Assembly: GCA_037379345.1 (NCBI GenBank)
Contig: CM074512.1
Location: 61,959,597 to 62,023,596 of the forward strand
Length of the DNA: 64,000 nucleotides
Direction of reading: 5' to 3'
Source of the DNA: Perna viridis
Lineage: Eukaryota
Below are positions 1 to 14,106 of this stretch, piece by piece; within the stretch, counting starts at the first letter, position 1, and every line of letters starts with the position of its first letter. Made by a program: the position numbers and the translations under genes. The notes beneath the pieces were generated by a model. The model did no database searches, had not been told where the DNA came from, and saw only the letters and a list, made by a program, of their open reading frames with translations.

Positions 1-3000
1 TTTCATACATTACATGTAGGTCACATAACAATTAGAAAAAAATTAAAGGTAATATAAAAAACTGAGAAATTGAGAAACCATGGTTTGAAGCTTTGCTGGC
101 ATGTAATTTTTCCTAAATAAATAGGCACATGTAGCCTGGTACATTCCTGAAGATATGTACATGTAAGTTCAGCTCATAAACCTAATTCTAAAGTCACAGA
201 GTTGCTTGGTCCCATCAGTTCTTGGTCCAAGGTCTCACTAGTTCTGTTTCGACTTCATAATTTGTTACGCATTCGAACCTCTTTTCTGCCATATAAAACA
301 ATTTCTATTTTAACCTTATGTCATAGGTTTTTGGTAGGAACTTCCCTACTGTTTCTGAACAATTCACAGAATATAGTCCATATATAATTTCTTTTATATC
401 AATTAAAATGATTTGTGGTAGGTTTAGGCTGAAAATTCTGTTTTCTGTGCAAAATATGGAGTAATTAACTTTTTACATTAGAAATTTGCTTTTACCTTAA
501 AATCTCCATCATGAGACAGTGTCAGGAGGGGAGAACCTCCCACATGAACTGTTACAAAGTAACTGAAATAAGTATAACAATTAACATTCAGTTTCAACAT
601 TTAAGTAAAAAAGTAGTTCTAAATGGGAATTACAGTTTTTTTTTACATCATGTTACCTTTTGGTCTTGTGATATTGTGTGTATAGTACTATTTTCATAAG
701 AATCAAAAACCTCAAGTGCTAACAGCACTTTGATTTGAATTCTCTACAATAAGGTTCATTTGGGGACTTATACTTGTATCAGTTACATGGTTCTAATAAG
801 AAAAATGTAGATAAAATAGGATATGGGAGTACATATTTGTCAGCTCTGTATTGGTTTTTAATTACTGATTTATATAATATACGTCCCCCATACCATATTT
901 TACCAGTGTGTTGAAAAATACTGCAAAAAGTTATCCAAACAAATGGGTTAATGTTTCTTAACTTGATGATATGAATACATGTACTGAGTGCAAGGTAATT
1001 GATCAAATACATGCATGGCCTTCCCGGTAGGAATCAAACTACCCTTTATCTATCTGCCTGTCAGAAGTATTTAATGAATTTTGAAGGAATGCTTTTAGAA
1101 GAATATACCTCATATGTAGATGTGCATGAAGGAAATTTTGAGGACTGCTAACATATATAATCCAAGTTCAGGGTTTAACATGATTAAAATGATTAAATCC
1201 ATTTGAAATGAAGTTTTTTTTTTGTTTTTTTTCTTGTGAGCATGCTTTCTGTACTTACAGTTTACATATTTGAAATCATGTATTTGGTGAAATTTAAAGA
1301 CATTGTAGTAATTTAAAAGTACACATTTTATTTGAAATCACAATGTTTTTAGAAAAAATTTCAGCAATACTTGGTGAAATATTCGATTTTAGCTTTTTTC
1401 TACTTCATTTTTTGGCATTTTGCCTTTATTTTAGGTGTCTTCTATTTCTTCTCTCTTTGAGTTCATGCATAGTACTAAGCTTTACATCCCTGCATGTGGC
1501 AGTTCTCTTTGTAAAGTCTGAAAATTGATTAAATTTACTTGTTTGAATAAAGTTGTATGAACTTGCACAAAAAAAGTAGTATGTCTGCAGCTTGAAACAT
1601 AACATAGGAAATGTTACAATGATAGCATTAAAAGAAATCAATTATAGTATTTCATATTTGATACATATTGTCCCTTTGAATAGCTGGTCTGCTCGTGTAC
1701 AGTGTTCTGCTGTCTTTGATAAAGATGTCTGTAAACAATCAATCCTTCTTTGAATCTGTTTCTATAATATTGTCTACTGACTAATTAGTTGGTACTTCCA
1801 TTTCTTGTGTAAGGAAAATGGGAAGAAATGGTTATCTAAAGATTAGGCCAAAAACAAAATTTATTTCCTGTAACAAAGGCAAAAAACTCAAGGTCTAAAG
1901 GTTGGGATATTTAAAAAAAATTAATTTTTTTGGACAAATATCAGAATGGTTACATTGTTTAAAGAATGATCAGTATAGTCTTGTAGATATAACTGGTTTA
2001 GCTACAGTACCCATGGTCTTCTACTGGGAGCAGCCATGTGATTGATAAAACCAAATCTATTTCCAGAATTTTGGAATAAACTCTGTACTGGAAATGATTT
2101 TTTAGTACATATTTCTGAGGTCAGGTATATGTTAGTTTTGAATGTAAATAAGTCAGAATAATACTGAAACCTGTGTAAATGAAACATTGTTTAAAATTTC
2201 TATGTGACAAATTTTCTGCCACTATATTACAATGAGCATTATAGTTGGCTTAGACAGTAGAGCTGGTCTCAGTTCAATAAATGAATTTAACCCCAAGAAC
2301 ATCTTTAGGTGGTTAACTGGACAATAGATGATGAGATTTAAACTTTCTGTTAGACACTGATTTAAATACATGTATATGTGTAACTATCAGAACAATTGAA
2401 AATTACAATTAAGTCTATTGTCCAGGTATGCCCTTTGATGTTTCATTAGGTAATGGCCATTCAATGAAGGAAAGTTAACTATGTTACTAGCTGTAAATCT
2501 GTATAATACACAGCCCTACAGTGTTTTGATATTGACATGGTTAACAATAGTTAGAATACCTTAGTATTGCATAGCAGAAAATATTAATGTCGTCTATTTT
2601 TCTCGTTTTTTGATGAAAGATCTACCTTTCGATCAGTTTTGAATTTGTGGTTGTTCTTCATTTTTTTTATTATGTTCTTCAACTGTTTAATTTACATATT
2701 ACAAGTGCTACTTTGAAAGTTGTGGAAATTGAACTGCTGGATAAATTTCACATTTTAGAGTACATTTATATTTGAAGTTTCCATGCATTCATACTGTAAA
2801 AGGGGACTAAAAAGGATACTCTTACATATTTGTCTAATATTGCTGTGTTTCCTACAGTTAAAGCCTTGAGAACTATAAGATGTCTATGAAGAATTTATTG
2901 AGTATATCTTTAACTAATTGTCTTCCTACTGTGGCTAATACTTTTATTATTGTCAGAGAAGCCTTGCTAGGAATGAAATTAAAACTATTTTTAAAACAAA

Positions 3001-3769
3001 ATCTTGCCCTTTGTTTTCATTTGAGTTAAAGAAACCTAGTAGGAAAGGTATTGTATTAGGATCAGATGTTTATGTACGACTCTGTATACAAGATTTATCT
3101 CAATACTGACAGCTTAGTGAATTTATCCTTTTAATATGAGACAAAATGATCCTGGTAGCCTATAATCAAAGGTTTTCTTTCTGCTTTAATGATGAAATTT
3201 TGTCATAAAATAGAGAAACATAGTTGCTTGGTCAGAGGTCTCTTATTTTCTTCATTACTTTAAATGTCTTTGTTTTTGTTCCAGTGACAGTATTTATTCT
3301 CCTAAAGATGACATGAGTGTATTGATTTATATTAGATTTTAATTGGAATATGTTCCTTTCGGTCAGAACTTTCATGTCCTTGCAAAAAGAGAATTCCTTA
3401 TAGAGAAGTTGATTTCTGAAATATTGGAAAATTGACAATGTAAATATGAATGCATCATGGATATGGACATGCAATTAATGGAGAAAGCTGTTAGATCATT
3501 TTGCAGATAAAAAACTGTATTAGAACACTTACTTTGTTGTATGGTGACTAGAGATTAAGATTCTCTTTTTTGTTTTTTTTTTCAGTGGTAATGGATATTG
3601 TATCTTGAAATTGTATTGATATTTTAAACAATATATTTAATATGAAGGATACAAATGGTTCTGAATCTAAAAACTCTAAGTACCTAGGATCAATATTTTC
3701 ATTTTGGTTATTCCGCTCTCGAAACAAAGGCCGATCTGTTAGTTTTAAGAAGTATGTTGACACTATTAT

Positions 3770-4620
3770 GTATGAGGATGATACTGGACATTATAGGCTG
3801 GTAAGTTGATGAGGGGAATAATGGGCATTATAGGCTAGTAAGTTGTTGAGGAGGTTGCTGGGCATTATAGGCTGGTAAGTTGATGAGGAGAATGATGGGC
3901 ATTTTAGGCTGGTAAGTTGATGAGGGGAATAATGGGCATTATAGGCTAGTAAGTTGTTGAGGAGGTTGCTGGGCATTATAGGCTGGTAAGTTGATGAGGA
4001 GAATGATGGGCATTTTAGGCTGGTAAGTTGATGAGGGGAATAATGGGCATTATAGGCTAGTAAGTTGTTGAGGAGGATGCTGGGCATTATAGGTTAGTTA
4101 GTTGATGAGGAGGGTACTGGGCATTATAGGCTGGTAAGTTGATGAGGAGAATGATGTGTTTTATAGGTTGATAAAGAGGGTGTTGGGCATTATAGGCTGG
4201 TAAATTGAAGTGGAGGGTGCTGGAGATTATGGGTTGGTATGTTGATCAGGAGAATAATTGGCATGATAGTCAGGTAAGTTGGTTATTGGTAAGGTGATGA
4301 GGAGGAAGATGGGCATTATAAGGTGATAAGTTGGTGAGGAGGACATTGGGCATTATAGGCTGGTAAGTTGTTGAAAATGATGTTGGGAATTAATGGATGG
4401 TAATTAGGTTAGGAAGATGTTTGGCATTATGGACTGATTAGTTGATGAGGAGGGTGCTGGGCATTATAGGTTGGTAAGTAAGGTGATGAGGAGGAAGATG
4501 GGCATTGGAGGCTAGTAAGTCATTGAGGAAGATGCTGAGCATTATAGGCTTGTTAGTTGGCAATGAGTATGGAAGACATTTAAAGGTTGTAAGTTAGTGA
4601 GCATGCTAGGCATAATAGGC
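3770..4620. repeat. 37-bp minisatellite with a 111-bp trimeric higher-order unit, degenerating to the right
   Basis: unit ~GGGCATTATAGGCTGGTAAGTTGATGAGGAGAATGAT; unit starts at 3791/3828/3865/3902; 37-aa periodic ORF on the minus strand. Confidence 0.92.
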
Positions 4621-5240
4621 AAGAGGTTTAAAGTTTCTATTAGACACAGATACCTATTGAATGATGGAAATTTTAAATCAATTTGTCAACTGCTCAATCT
4701 ATCAATTTCCTAACAATTATAGTGCATCATCAATTAATGTAATATAATTGTAAGGAAATTTATAGAATAAAATGCATAAAGCTGTAACCATGAACAAAAA
4801 ACATATGATCATTCACTGTGTGGGCTTGTCGATGCATGTATTTGATCTTCAGAATGGATGACCATTTAATACTCATTCTTATTGCATGTGGATGGTAATC
4901 TTGACATAGGAGGTATTGTATCACTGTAATATTATTCAATTACTTGATCATCTTAGTATCACCAGGCAGATAATTGAAAATCATAATGGATTCCTTGGAG
5001 TGTTGTTATTTGATCTTTGTACTTGGCAAAAAACATTAAGGAATTCTAAGATTGCTTCATTTTGTGGGAAATAACTCTGCAAATAGTTTTTGATTGTGAA
5101 AAATTAATTTTGAATGTTTTGGTGATATCTGTACATGTCTGTTAAGTTTTTCTTATGGATTTTCTGTTGTCATATACTTAATGAGACATGTTTGAAAACT
5201 TGGCAACCTCAAATTTAACATTTTTTCTTCTCTTCTAGTC

Positions 5241-5729
5241 ACTCAGTGCGGGTCCGGATGTTGAAAGAATAGGTCCGCAGGAGTGCTAAGCTTGTCACAA
5301 AAGGTTACTACATAGTGCTCAGAACCCTGGCAGGGGGCTAGGGTGCTCTGCTTATGGAGCAACTGGGTTGTGTGTCCCAGGTGGTGAAATGGGGTACCCC
5401 TGGCATGTTACCTGCTGGGGTCATCAGGCCATAATATGGAAAACCTGACTGCAAACCATAGTGTTGCACCATGTTAGGAAGGATGCCACGTTCTTCTCAT
5501 ATTAAAGAACCTTGCTGTGTATTCTATCAGAGTAAAAACCCTTGTGCTCTGCCACAGGAGGCTAAATTGCCTGACCCTATCCATATCTTCCTTTTTTCAG
5601 TGGCAATCAAAATTTTTCAACCCTATTATCATGATTTAATGTGCATTTTATCATCCATTTCATGTTCATCGCCTGGATATAGCTGAAATAGTGCTGCTTT
5701 GGCGTTAAAGCCCAACAATTATTTATCAT
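5241..5729 (+). mobile_element. SINE-like retroposon, older copy
   Basis: colinear with 13084-13608; tail GGCGTTAAAGCCCAACAAT; degraded TSD ending in ctagtc on both sides. Confidence 0.85.
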
Positions 5730-8700
5730 TCTTTCCTAGTCGGTTTAAAAAAATAGTAAAAAAAATGTCTTGCCAAATGAATTTTTGTCACCATGTTTGA
5801 AGTAGTTTAAGGAATTTTGCCATGACTGTTGCTTCATTTCGTCAATGGGGTGAACATTTCTGTCTGGTTCATGCCAAGGGTTTGTGCTATTGAAGATTTT
5901 GAAGTGAGCCTGCCTGGATTGCTTTGTATCCATCAGTTTGTTTTCATTTTGGTTTTTTTTCTGTCTGATATACATATATGACAGATGTTGTTACTCTTAT
6001 ATCCTTTAATTGCATCATCATAATAGGAATGACAATGCCTAATTCCTCTTAAACTGCTCAATATATTTTTACTGCCTTTTATAAGTTGGTTTGACATCAA
6101 ATACAGGTGTGCATAAATGAAGCCAGTGTATATCAAGTCTTTGCAATGGAAGATTATCCACTGCTGCAGGCTTCAAGGATTTTAATTCCACTTTGAAGTA
6201 GTGGGTTATTAATTTGTTGGTGAGCTTTTTTGCTTTATGTGCAATTGGATTAAATTGTTGATAAGAGCTGAACTTTAAAAAAAATATGATATGTCAATTC
6301 CTTTTCATAGTTTTATGACATCTAAAATGAGTCTTCATTATTTGCTATTCATGATCTTGTTTTTGTTTTCAATTTTAAATCGTATTGTAATAATAAAGTA
6401 GTAAATCTGTTGTGATATCGTTTCCTGTTAGTATTGGACCATAGTTCTGTATTGGATTATTAACTGTATTGTATTTCTGATATGATAGCATTTCAACTCC
6501 TATATGTAGATAGTGCTTTCCAGATTCTTGTAGAAGCAGTTGCTAGAACAAACTCCATTGTTTGACAAGATACCTCAAGAGAATCAGTTTTTGTCTGTTT
6601 GGTATCCTTATCTGTTATGTATTTGTTTTAAGGATCAATTCTGATGGAAAGATTCCTCTTGCATGTGTTGTGGACTGGTATCAGTTCATCTCTTTCTTTA
6701 TAGAATTTATCCTGGATCATCAGTGTCTACTTTACAAGGCATGTTCAGCATATTTATTGGTTTTTAGTTCTAAATTGCTTTAATTAGTGAAAAGGTTATT
6801 TTTACTTAAGTTTACTGTCATTTTCTTGCTATTTTTCTCTGTATATTGCTTGTAGGCAGTTATCTGTATTGAATGTTTGGTATTCTACGATTACACTTTC
6901 CTGTCACCTAGGACAAGTGCAATGTTATTGTGGGTTATTTATTTTACATTCGCTTTTCTGAAAAAAATTCTGAAAAACTGTGTTACATGTAATGTTGTTT
7001 GTTCATACACCTGTTCTTATCTACCTGTAATTTCCAGGTTTTTATGGGTATTTTTTGACAGATGTGTTATGGTATAGTGTATATAAATGTCCCTTTATGT
7101 TTATTAATGTCCATTTGTACACAATCAAGAAGTCTTGTTTGGTACAATGTTTGTAAGCTCTCGTTTGTCATTTAAGTTGGAGAGTTGTTATACTAAAAAC
7201 ACTGAAAAATGACAACCTATGTTTTATGTGCTCAAGTGCAGACGTCTATTTCATTTGCTACAACTCCAGTTCTTTCAGTTCCCACTAGTATTTTATCCTA
7301 TGTCAAAAATTATTTCCTATTAAGGTTTAGTTTAATTCAGGAAACTGAATAAGAAACATTTATAGTAATTTAAGGACAGTTTTTACCTAGCGGAAACGGA
7401 GTAATGTCTTCTAATCTTCCAAAACATTAAATCAGCAATAAAAATAGATTGACGTGTTATGTCAAATCAATGGCAAGCTAAATATACCGTAGGATTCAAC
7501 AGTTGTTCTTGGTAAAACGATGCATAATTTACTTCATAACATGAACTTCAGTGGCATGTTTTTGAATTAAAACTTAATCCTTGGTATTTTGTGATCCTAA
7601 AAATTTTATTACATGTGTTAGACGGTGTAATCTGCATACATGTAATGTATGGTTTTTAGGGGAAAATAGAAGTTGGTAACGTTAGGGGTGGATCCAGAAA
7701 TTTATTAAAAGGAAGATTCAGATCCAGAAATTTATGGTGTATGACTTGGAGGGGGGAGGGGAGGTCAGCTCATTTTTGTCAAAATGTTTCTTATGATTGA
7801 GATTTGTTTGTAATGAAGAAGAAGGTGAGAAAAAATTCATTTGTTCCAAGTCAGAAAATCAATAGGAATGATAAATGGCTTGGTGACAATGTGTTTCCTG
7901 TCCTGCCAGGGCAAGTGGCAAATCGTTTTCTGATGTGTCAAAACATTGTCTGATGGGGAAGTTGTAAAAACCTATTAGAAAATCTGATTCTGTCAGGAAA
8001 GTCATAAGAATATTTATGTGTAATCATTTTAGTTGTCTATGTAGTGGCAGATCCAGAGGGTGGGGCTATTTGTTAATTCTTCTTTAAAAAATGAATGGAG
8101 TTAACAAAATTTTCAAACATAAATTGGGGGTTCAACCCCTGGTACCCTATCCCTGTTTGATTCCACCACTGCTTTATAATGTAGGATACAAATTAAATGG
8201 TAGAGATACTAGTTTTGGTATTTTGAGTTTCACTGAGGTATCAAGTTTCCTTGTCTAATCTTTCCTTTTATTGTAGTATTTCTAACCTTTAGTCTTACCA
8301 AGTTCATCATGAACAGGATGCTGGTACAGTGTAAGGATAGAGTGGCAGTGTTAGGAAAAGTGTACAGTGTACTACACCAAAATCATAAGAAAAAACTTTT
8401 TACAATTAGTAGAATTACGGTCAAGTGATACCTGTTTAAACCAATTTGTTTGATTTGCCAAGTTTCAAAGTACATTTGAATTTATGTTAAGGGACTTTAA
8501 AAAGTGTTTAGACAGGGTTTTTTTTTTTTTTTTATGGATTTTTCAGGGTTCGGCTTAGACATGTTTCACCATACCTGTCAACTTTTGACACAGTTCATCT
8601 GGGAGGTTCTCCCCCATTGACACTATTTTTACCTAAAAGCAAATGTTCAATGTAAAAATTCAATTATTTGGTGTTTTAACAGTTATTGTAATTTTAACCA

Positions 8701-10508
8701 AAAACCTTCCACAAATTTTACATTTTATGTGGGAGATTATAATTTTTTCATTTATTTTGTGGGAATCCCCTCTAATGTTGGAGGGCTAACAGATAGGTTT
8801 CATTGTATAGTTAGACTTTTTCTATGTGAAACAGTTGTTTTAGAATTAAATGGCTAAGTAAAAAAAATGGAATGAATATGTATATTGTACTAGTTCAGGA
8901 GTTATGGATCAATAATAGAAATTGCTCAATATCAAATTAATTTGTTCAAAAATTAATTGTATCCATACAAGCAGAATAGAATGCCTTAGATATTCATTAC
9001 TTCATATATGATTTGGTGACAATATAACATGTAGTTCACATATATTTGATTTGGAAATATCTCATGTGTCTAGAACTCATTTAACCAACACATCACTTTG
9101 CTAAACATCCTTAGAAATTTTTCAGTGCAAGTAAAACTTCAAAAGCATTGGAAAATTAAAGGAATGCATTTAGTGACAGACTGAATTTAATTCCTGCAGA
9201 AAACTTAATTATAAATGATTGAAAATAGCTTTGTCAAACTTTGTATTTAATTAATCAGTAAGTTTGACAGCAGTGGGAAATCCTAAAGTCTAGTGATCAG
9301 AATGATAGAGCCACGAGACAATGGTAGATTTGCTACAAGTCTGTCTCTCAGTAGTATGTGTATTCTTTAAATTAATATCATTATTTCCAAACTTTTTATT
9401 CACTATCCCTCTGCAGTGTTGAGAGTATAGCTAATGGATAGAGGATCTTAAGCAGTGTAGATATACATTCATTTTGTAAAAATATTAGGACAGAGAGACT
9501 TTTAGAAAGTTTAATTGAAATATAGGTACATGTACTTTCATGAGACTTTGATGCTGTCATACTTTAAAGAGACATTAAGAGTCATTTTGCTATCCATATT
9601 TTTGTAAATTTGAGTTACCTTAAACCTGTGAGTCTTATCATGTGAATGGGTCCATATTTAGTATGTTGGTTGTACAGTCCTGTGGAACTGGTATCTTACG
9701 TAATTAAATTAACCATCAGTTTTTTACCATCTTTTAATTTAAGGATTGGCAGGTCACTCATGACATGGCGCCAAAAGAAGCATATTCTGGCTGTAGAAAA
9801 TACTTGATTACAGTAGGAAAATCATCGTTCGATTATTGTTTGAAGTAACTTACACACATCAATCTTATAACTTTTAATATACAATGTTTTGTTTCCAGTA
9901 GACTCATTCTCTCTCTTCCTGTCCTTCGTGTCAGAAACAATATTGGGCAGCATAATTAAATCTTCCCCCTACTTCTAATCCATAAATGGCCAGGTTTAAA
10001 AGCTGTCGATTAAAGTAAATGGTTATATAATCTGATTTGACAGCCAGAGAAGTCGGCAGATTGTTATTGGTTAGTGTTCAATCAGCCAGTGTCATTGTGG
10101 CTGATCTCTGGTTCTGATCCATTGTCAAACCTATTATGTAGTCATTTCTGATTTTTACAAGTGTTCTTATCCTCCAGAGATCAATGGTCAGTGATAGAAG
10201 GTCAGACTAGATGAATATGGCTGCTTGATTGCTGAACAATCATACTGTTGTTCTTATTGTTGTCATTTGGTTTTTAGAGAGTGTGAGTTGCATTTAAATC
10301 AAAGTAGTAAGCAGTAACATTGCAGAGGGGCAGATCCATGATTTTATGGTTAGGGGGTGGCATTGATAGAAGGTAAAATAGAACAAAGCAAGGCAAGAAG
10401 ATTTAGTGGAAAATTAAAAAAAAATTTTTTTTTCTCAATTTAAAGAAGGGCATAAGCCAGGCAGGCCTTTCCTTGGATTTGCACTTGATTGTGAAGAAAG
10501 ATATTCAG

Positions 10509-10817
10509 ACAATTAGAGAATTCTCTCCAGTAAGAGCATACTACAATTAGAGAATTCTCTCCAGTAAGAGCATACTACAATTAGAGAATTCTCTCCAGTA
10601 AGAGCATACTACAATTAGAGAATTCTCTCCAGAAAGAGCATACTACAATTAGAGAATTCTCTCCAGTAAGAGCATACTACAATTAGAGAATTCTCTCCAG
10701 TAAGAGCATACTACAATTAGAGAATTCTCTCCAGTAAGAGCATACTACAATTAGAGAATTCTCTCCAGAAAGAGCATACTACAATTAGAGAATTCTCTCC
10801 AGAAAGAGCATACTACA
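10509..10817. repeat. 34-bp tandem repeat x9 containing the 12-bp palindrome AGAGAATTCTCT
   Basis: unit ACAATTAGAGAATTCTCTCCAG(T/A)AAGAGCATACT, near-identical copies, no spacers. Confidence 0.97.
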
Positions 10818-11069
10818 TTGATGAAGTATGTTTTCTAATAGTTGATTTGAGGGATATAAAAAAATCTGAAAAATAAAGTGTTGATACTGAGGAGATAAAA
10901 ATAAGATAAATAAAGGAGAAAAAAAAGAAAAAAAAACATTCACTTGTTCTACATTTTGTGACTGTGTTCTAATTATGGAGTTGGTTACCCTGTCAGTTGG
11001 AAAGGTTCTTAAATAGAAATTGCCTAATGTTTCTCTCCATTCACAAATTCAGTAATGAAAGTTTATACT

Positions 11070-11315
11070 TAAACAAAACATCTGTTAAAGGTCAAAGTGG
11101 TTGAAAAAATAGGGTAGTTAGGTAGGTAAAATTATTGTATTTTTTAAAATTATTATATTAGACACTTATGGTTTCTTGACTTTGATAGATCTCAACTAAA
11201 AAATGATAGTTCAGCAGCATTTTATGAAAAAGATACCAAAATATGTGCTAGTGTAGGCAGAAAAAAAGGATTTGTAAGGTTACCTTAAACAGATCTATTT
11301 TTTTCTTGGCCTTAT
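11070..11315. mobile_element. Dispersed MITE-like repeat (GGCC termini next to TTA); related copy at 58263-58530, fragment near 1843
   Basis: shared blocks TTAGGTAGGTAAAATTATT, CTCAACTAAAA, TGTGCTAG and ACCTTA(A/G)ACAGA. Confidence 0.7.
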
Positions 11316-12459
11316 CATCATAAATCTTTTGTAAGACATAAGTAAAACAATAGTAAAGCAGTTGAGCTGTTAATCTTGTTGACCCAGTTTGCATAAATAT
11401 CATCCTTATATTGATCCTTGCATGTTTTAATCCAACACTCATCAAATTATCATCTAGATAATAGATGGAGCAAAACGAAGCTGAAATTAAGCAAAAATTT
11501 ATCCACAACTGGAAGCATATTGACTCAATATTGACACAATAAGCTAATTTTGTCTCTCTAGATATTTCTCCTACCAGCATACTAAATAATATATTACACA
11601 TTTAAACAAGTATTCAAAAGTTTCATGTTTTTGAAGTTCATCTCTTGGGGTTTTCTGATTTTCCCCATATTTTATTAGTTCCGTTAATTAAATTTAGACA
11701 AAAGTGGAAGAGAGCAATAATTCAATTTTTTTTAAAATACATTTGATTGTTTTTTTTCTTTACTATAAAATGAAAGTTCACTTTTCTATAACTGAACATA
11801 AACTTACCCTTTGATATGAAGCAGAATTTTTAGTCTGAATTGTGCAAGCAAGTATGACTGCAACATATTTTTTCAAGATAAAATTATATCAGTTCTCATA
11901 ATGAAAAGTAATTCAATATTTCTGAAATTCTTGTATGCATGCTGAAATATTTTTCAATAACTATTAGCTGGATTAATATTGACAACATTTCACACTTTCT
12001 CGTTAATTGTCATAATACCATACTGCTATCTACATTAGGCTTTCAGATAGAATGTTGACTATTGAATTACAAGTCCATTAATCCACAGAAGTTCTTCTGT
12101 AATAATTTATAACAGTACATTTTCTATCTTGATCTCCATTCCATTTTATGGTAGAATTCTGTTGAATAAAGATAAATTTCATGCCTAGAATGAATAAGAT
12201 GTATAAAATCCTGGCACTGATGGGGAACAACCAAGTTCATCCTTATAATGTTTTACAAAATGTAATTTTATTTCTATTTCTGTAAATCTTTGTTTTAAGG
12301 TAAGAGCATGCATGATTTGGTAACCATGGTAACTGTCAATTTAGGCTTTTTAAATTCACAGTTGCTACTTTTAGATAACTTGATGTTGAAATTTGTCATT
12401 TTTGCTGTAGACTTTAATTACTTTTTAAGGTAAAATTTTAGCTCTGTCAGTAGTCAACC

Positions 12460-12900
12460 AGAGCATATACCATGATATACCAACTGTAGTTCGTTTTGTC
12501 TATTGTGATTGCATGCTAAGACATAGCAATCTGTTACTGCTCAAGATCCATGTGTACTATCTTGTCTATGGTCCTTCTACATGTCTCCATGACATGCCAT
12601 TTGTTATCCACTTTTGTCCATGGTCTGTGTGAGCATACTTCATGACATGCAATTTGTTCATGGTTCATTTGAGAACAAGCCAAAAATGTTCATTGTTGGT
12701 GTGAGCATATGTCATCTCTTACGATCTATTGTTGTCATGTGACCATATTCAATAACATACCAACTTGTGAACAATCCATATGTGCTAATACCATGACTTG
12801 CAATCTATTGTGATGTGGTCATATGCAATTATACACTAACTGGTGGACAATCCATGTGTGCAAACACTATGACTTGCAATTTGTTGTCGTAATTTCAAAA
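12460..12900. repeat. Old degenerate tandem repeat
   Basis: recurring ATCCATGTGT, GAGCATA and CCATGACTTGCAAT motifs. Confidence 0.55.
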
Positions 12901-13083
12901 CCGAGACAATTCAGCAATACATATACACCATGATTTATAGGGTTCTAATGAAACCTTTTACTTTTTGAAACTGAAAATAATAGAGCTTATTCAAGCTAAA
13001 ACAAAATAAACTGTCATTGCCAGTTCAGGCAGTTGAGTCATCTGTATGATTACTTGATCCTAAAAGATGCTTCCAGGACTGTT

Positions 13084-13608
13084 GCCCTGTGCAGGTCCAG
13101 ATGTCAAAAGAATAGGCCTGTAGCAGCGCTAAGCTTGTCATAAAAGGCGACTAAATAGTGCTCAGAACCTTAGCCAGGGGCTAGGGCACTCTGCCCACAG
13201 AGCAACTGGGTTGTGTGCCCCAGTTGGTGGAATGGGATACCCCTGGCGTGTTACATGCTGGGGTTGTCAGGCTGTAATACGGGAAACCTGACCGCAAACC
13301 ATAGTGGTACATCGTGTTGGGAAAGATGTCACGTTCCTCGCATGTGAAAGAACCCTGCTGTGGTATTCTCCCTGAGTAGGGACCATAGGTCTCTGCCACA
13401 GGAGGCTAAATTGCCCGACCCTACCCATCCCTCCCTTTTTCTTGTGGCAATCAAAATTTGTCGACCCTATTACCCGTGTGTCCCATCCCATTTTTCATTT
13501 CATCATCATTTCATGTTCATTTTATCATCCATTTCATGTTCATCGTCTGAATATAGCTGAAAAATTGCTGCTCGGACGTTAAACCCCAACAATCAATCAT
13601 TCAATCAA
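13084..13608 (+). mobile_element. SINE-like retroposon (Nin/Deu-like core, CAAT-repeat tail)
   Basis: 12-bp TSD TCCAGGACTGTT at 13072-13083 and 13609-13620; core GCATGTGAAAGAACCC; tail GGACGTTAAACCCCAACAATCAATC. Confidence 0.9.
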
Positions 13609-13803
13609 TCCAGGACTGTTTGTTATCAAAGGCATAGATTGTTGTATTTATAATTAGTCTAACCTGTAGCTGTACCACCAGGCACTTACATATTAGTTGA
13701 AATTTTTTTCTGTCATTACTAATGATAAGGTACCTTTTTTATAAAGTGTTCAGCTTTGTATTCTTTGAACGAAAAATTTTAAACTTTCCTTTTTCTATTT
13801 CAG

Positions 13804-13836
13804 CCACAAGGATCTGATGCAGGAGACTCAGAATAT
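13804..13836 (+). CDS. dlg1: dlg1 33-nt exon PQGSDAGDSEY (phase 0-0), pre-PDZ1 linker
   Basis: ttttctatttcag|CCA...TAT|gtaagt; strong splice sites; in frame with the next exon, giving Y-MNG like the Dlg YVNG motif. Confidence 0.75.
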
Positions 13837-14106
13837 GTAAGTATTGCATTGTTTTTTATTAAAAAAAAAAAAAAAAACTGACCTCATTTTAATGGCCAGC
13901 CTGTCTGGCAGACCATGTTCAAAGAGCATTAACTCAAGTGTTCTCTATTAGGGAGAAAAAAATAGATTGATATTTTTTATATATTTACCTGTTGAGGGTA
14001 GAGGTAATGTTATGCCTGCTTACTGTGTGATATTGAGGTAAAATGAAGACTGGTACAATGCAGACACTGACCACAAATTACAAGGTTATCATTGTTTGTT
14101 TTATGA

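Noticed and set aside
7380-7525. CpG-containing patch with short ATG frames
   Set aside because: No convincing donor in a compatible frame
10509-10817. CRISPR array
   Set aside because: No unique spacers, no cas genes, eukaryotic intron
13325-13420. HDV-like ribozyme in the SINE (TTCCTCGC loop, GGCTAA)
   Set aside because: Could not build the P1, P1.1 and P2 pairings in the required order
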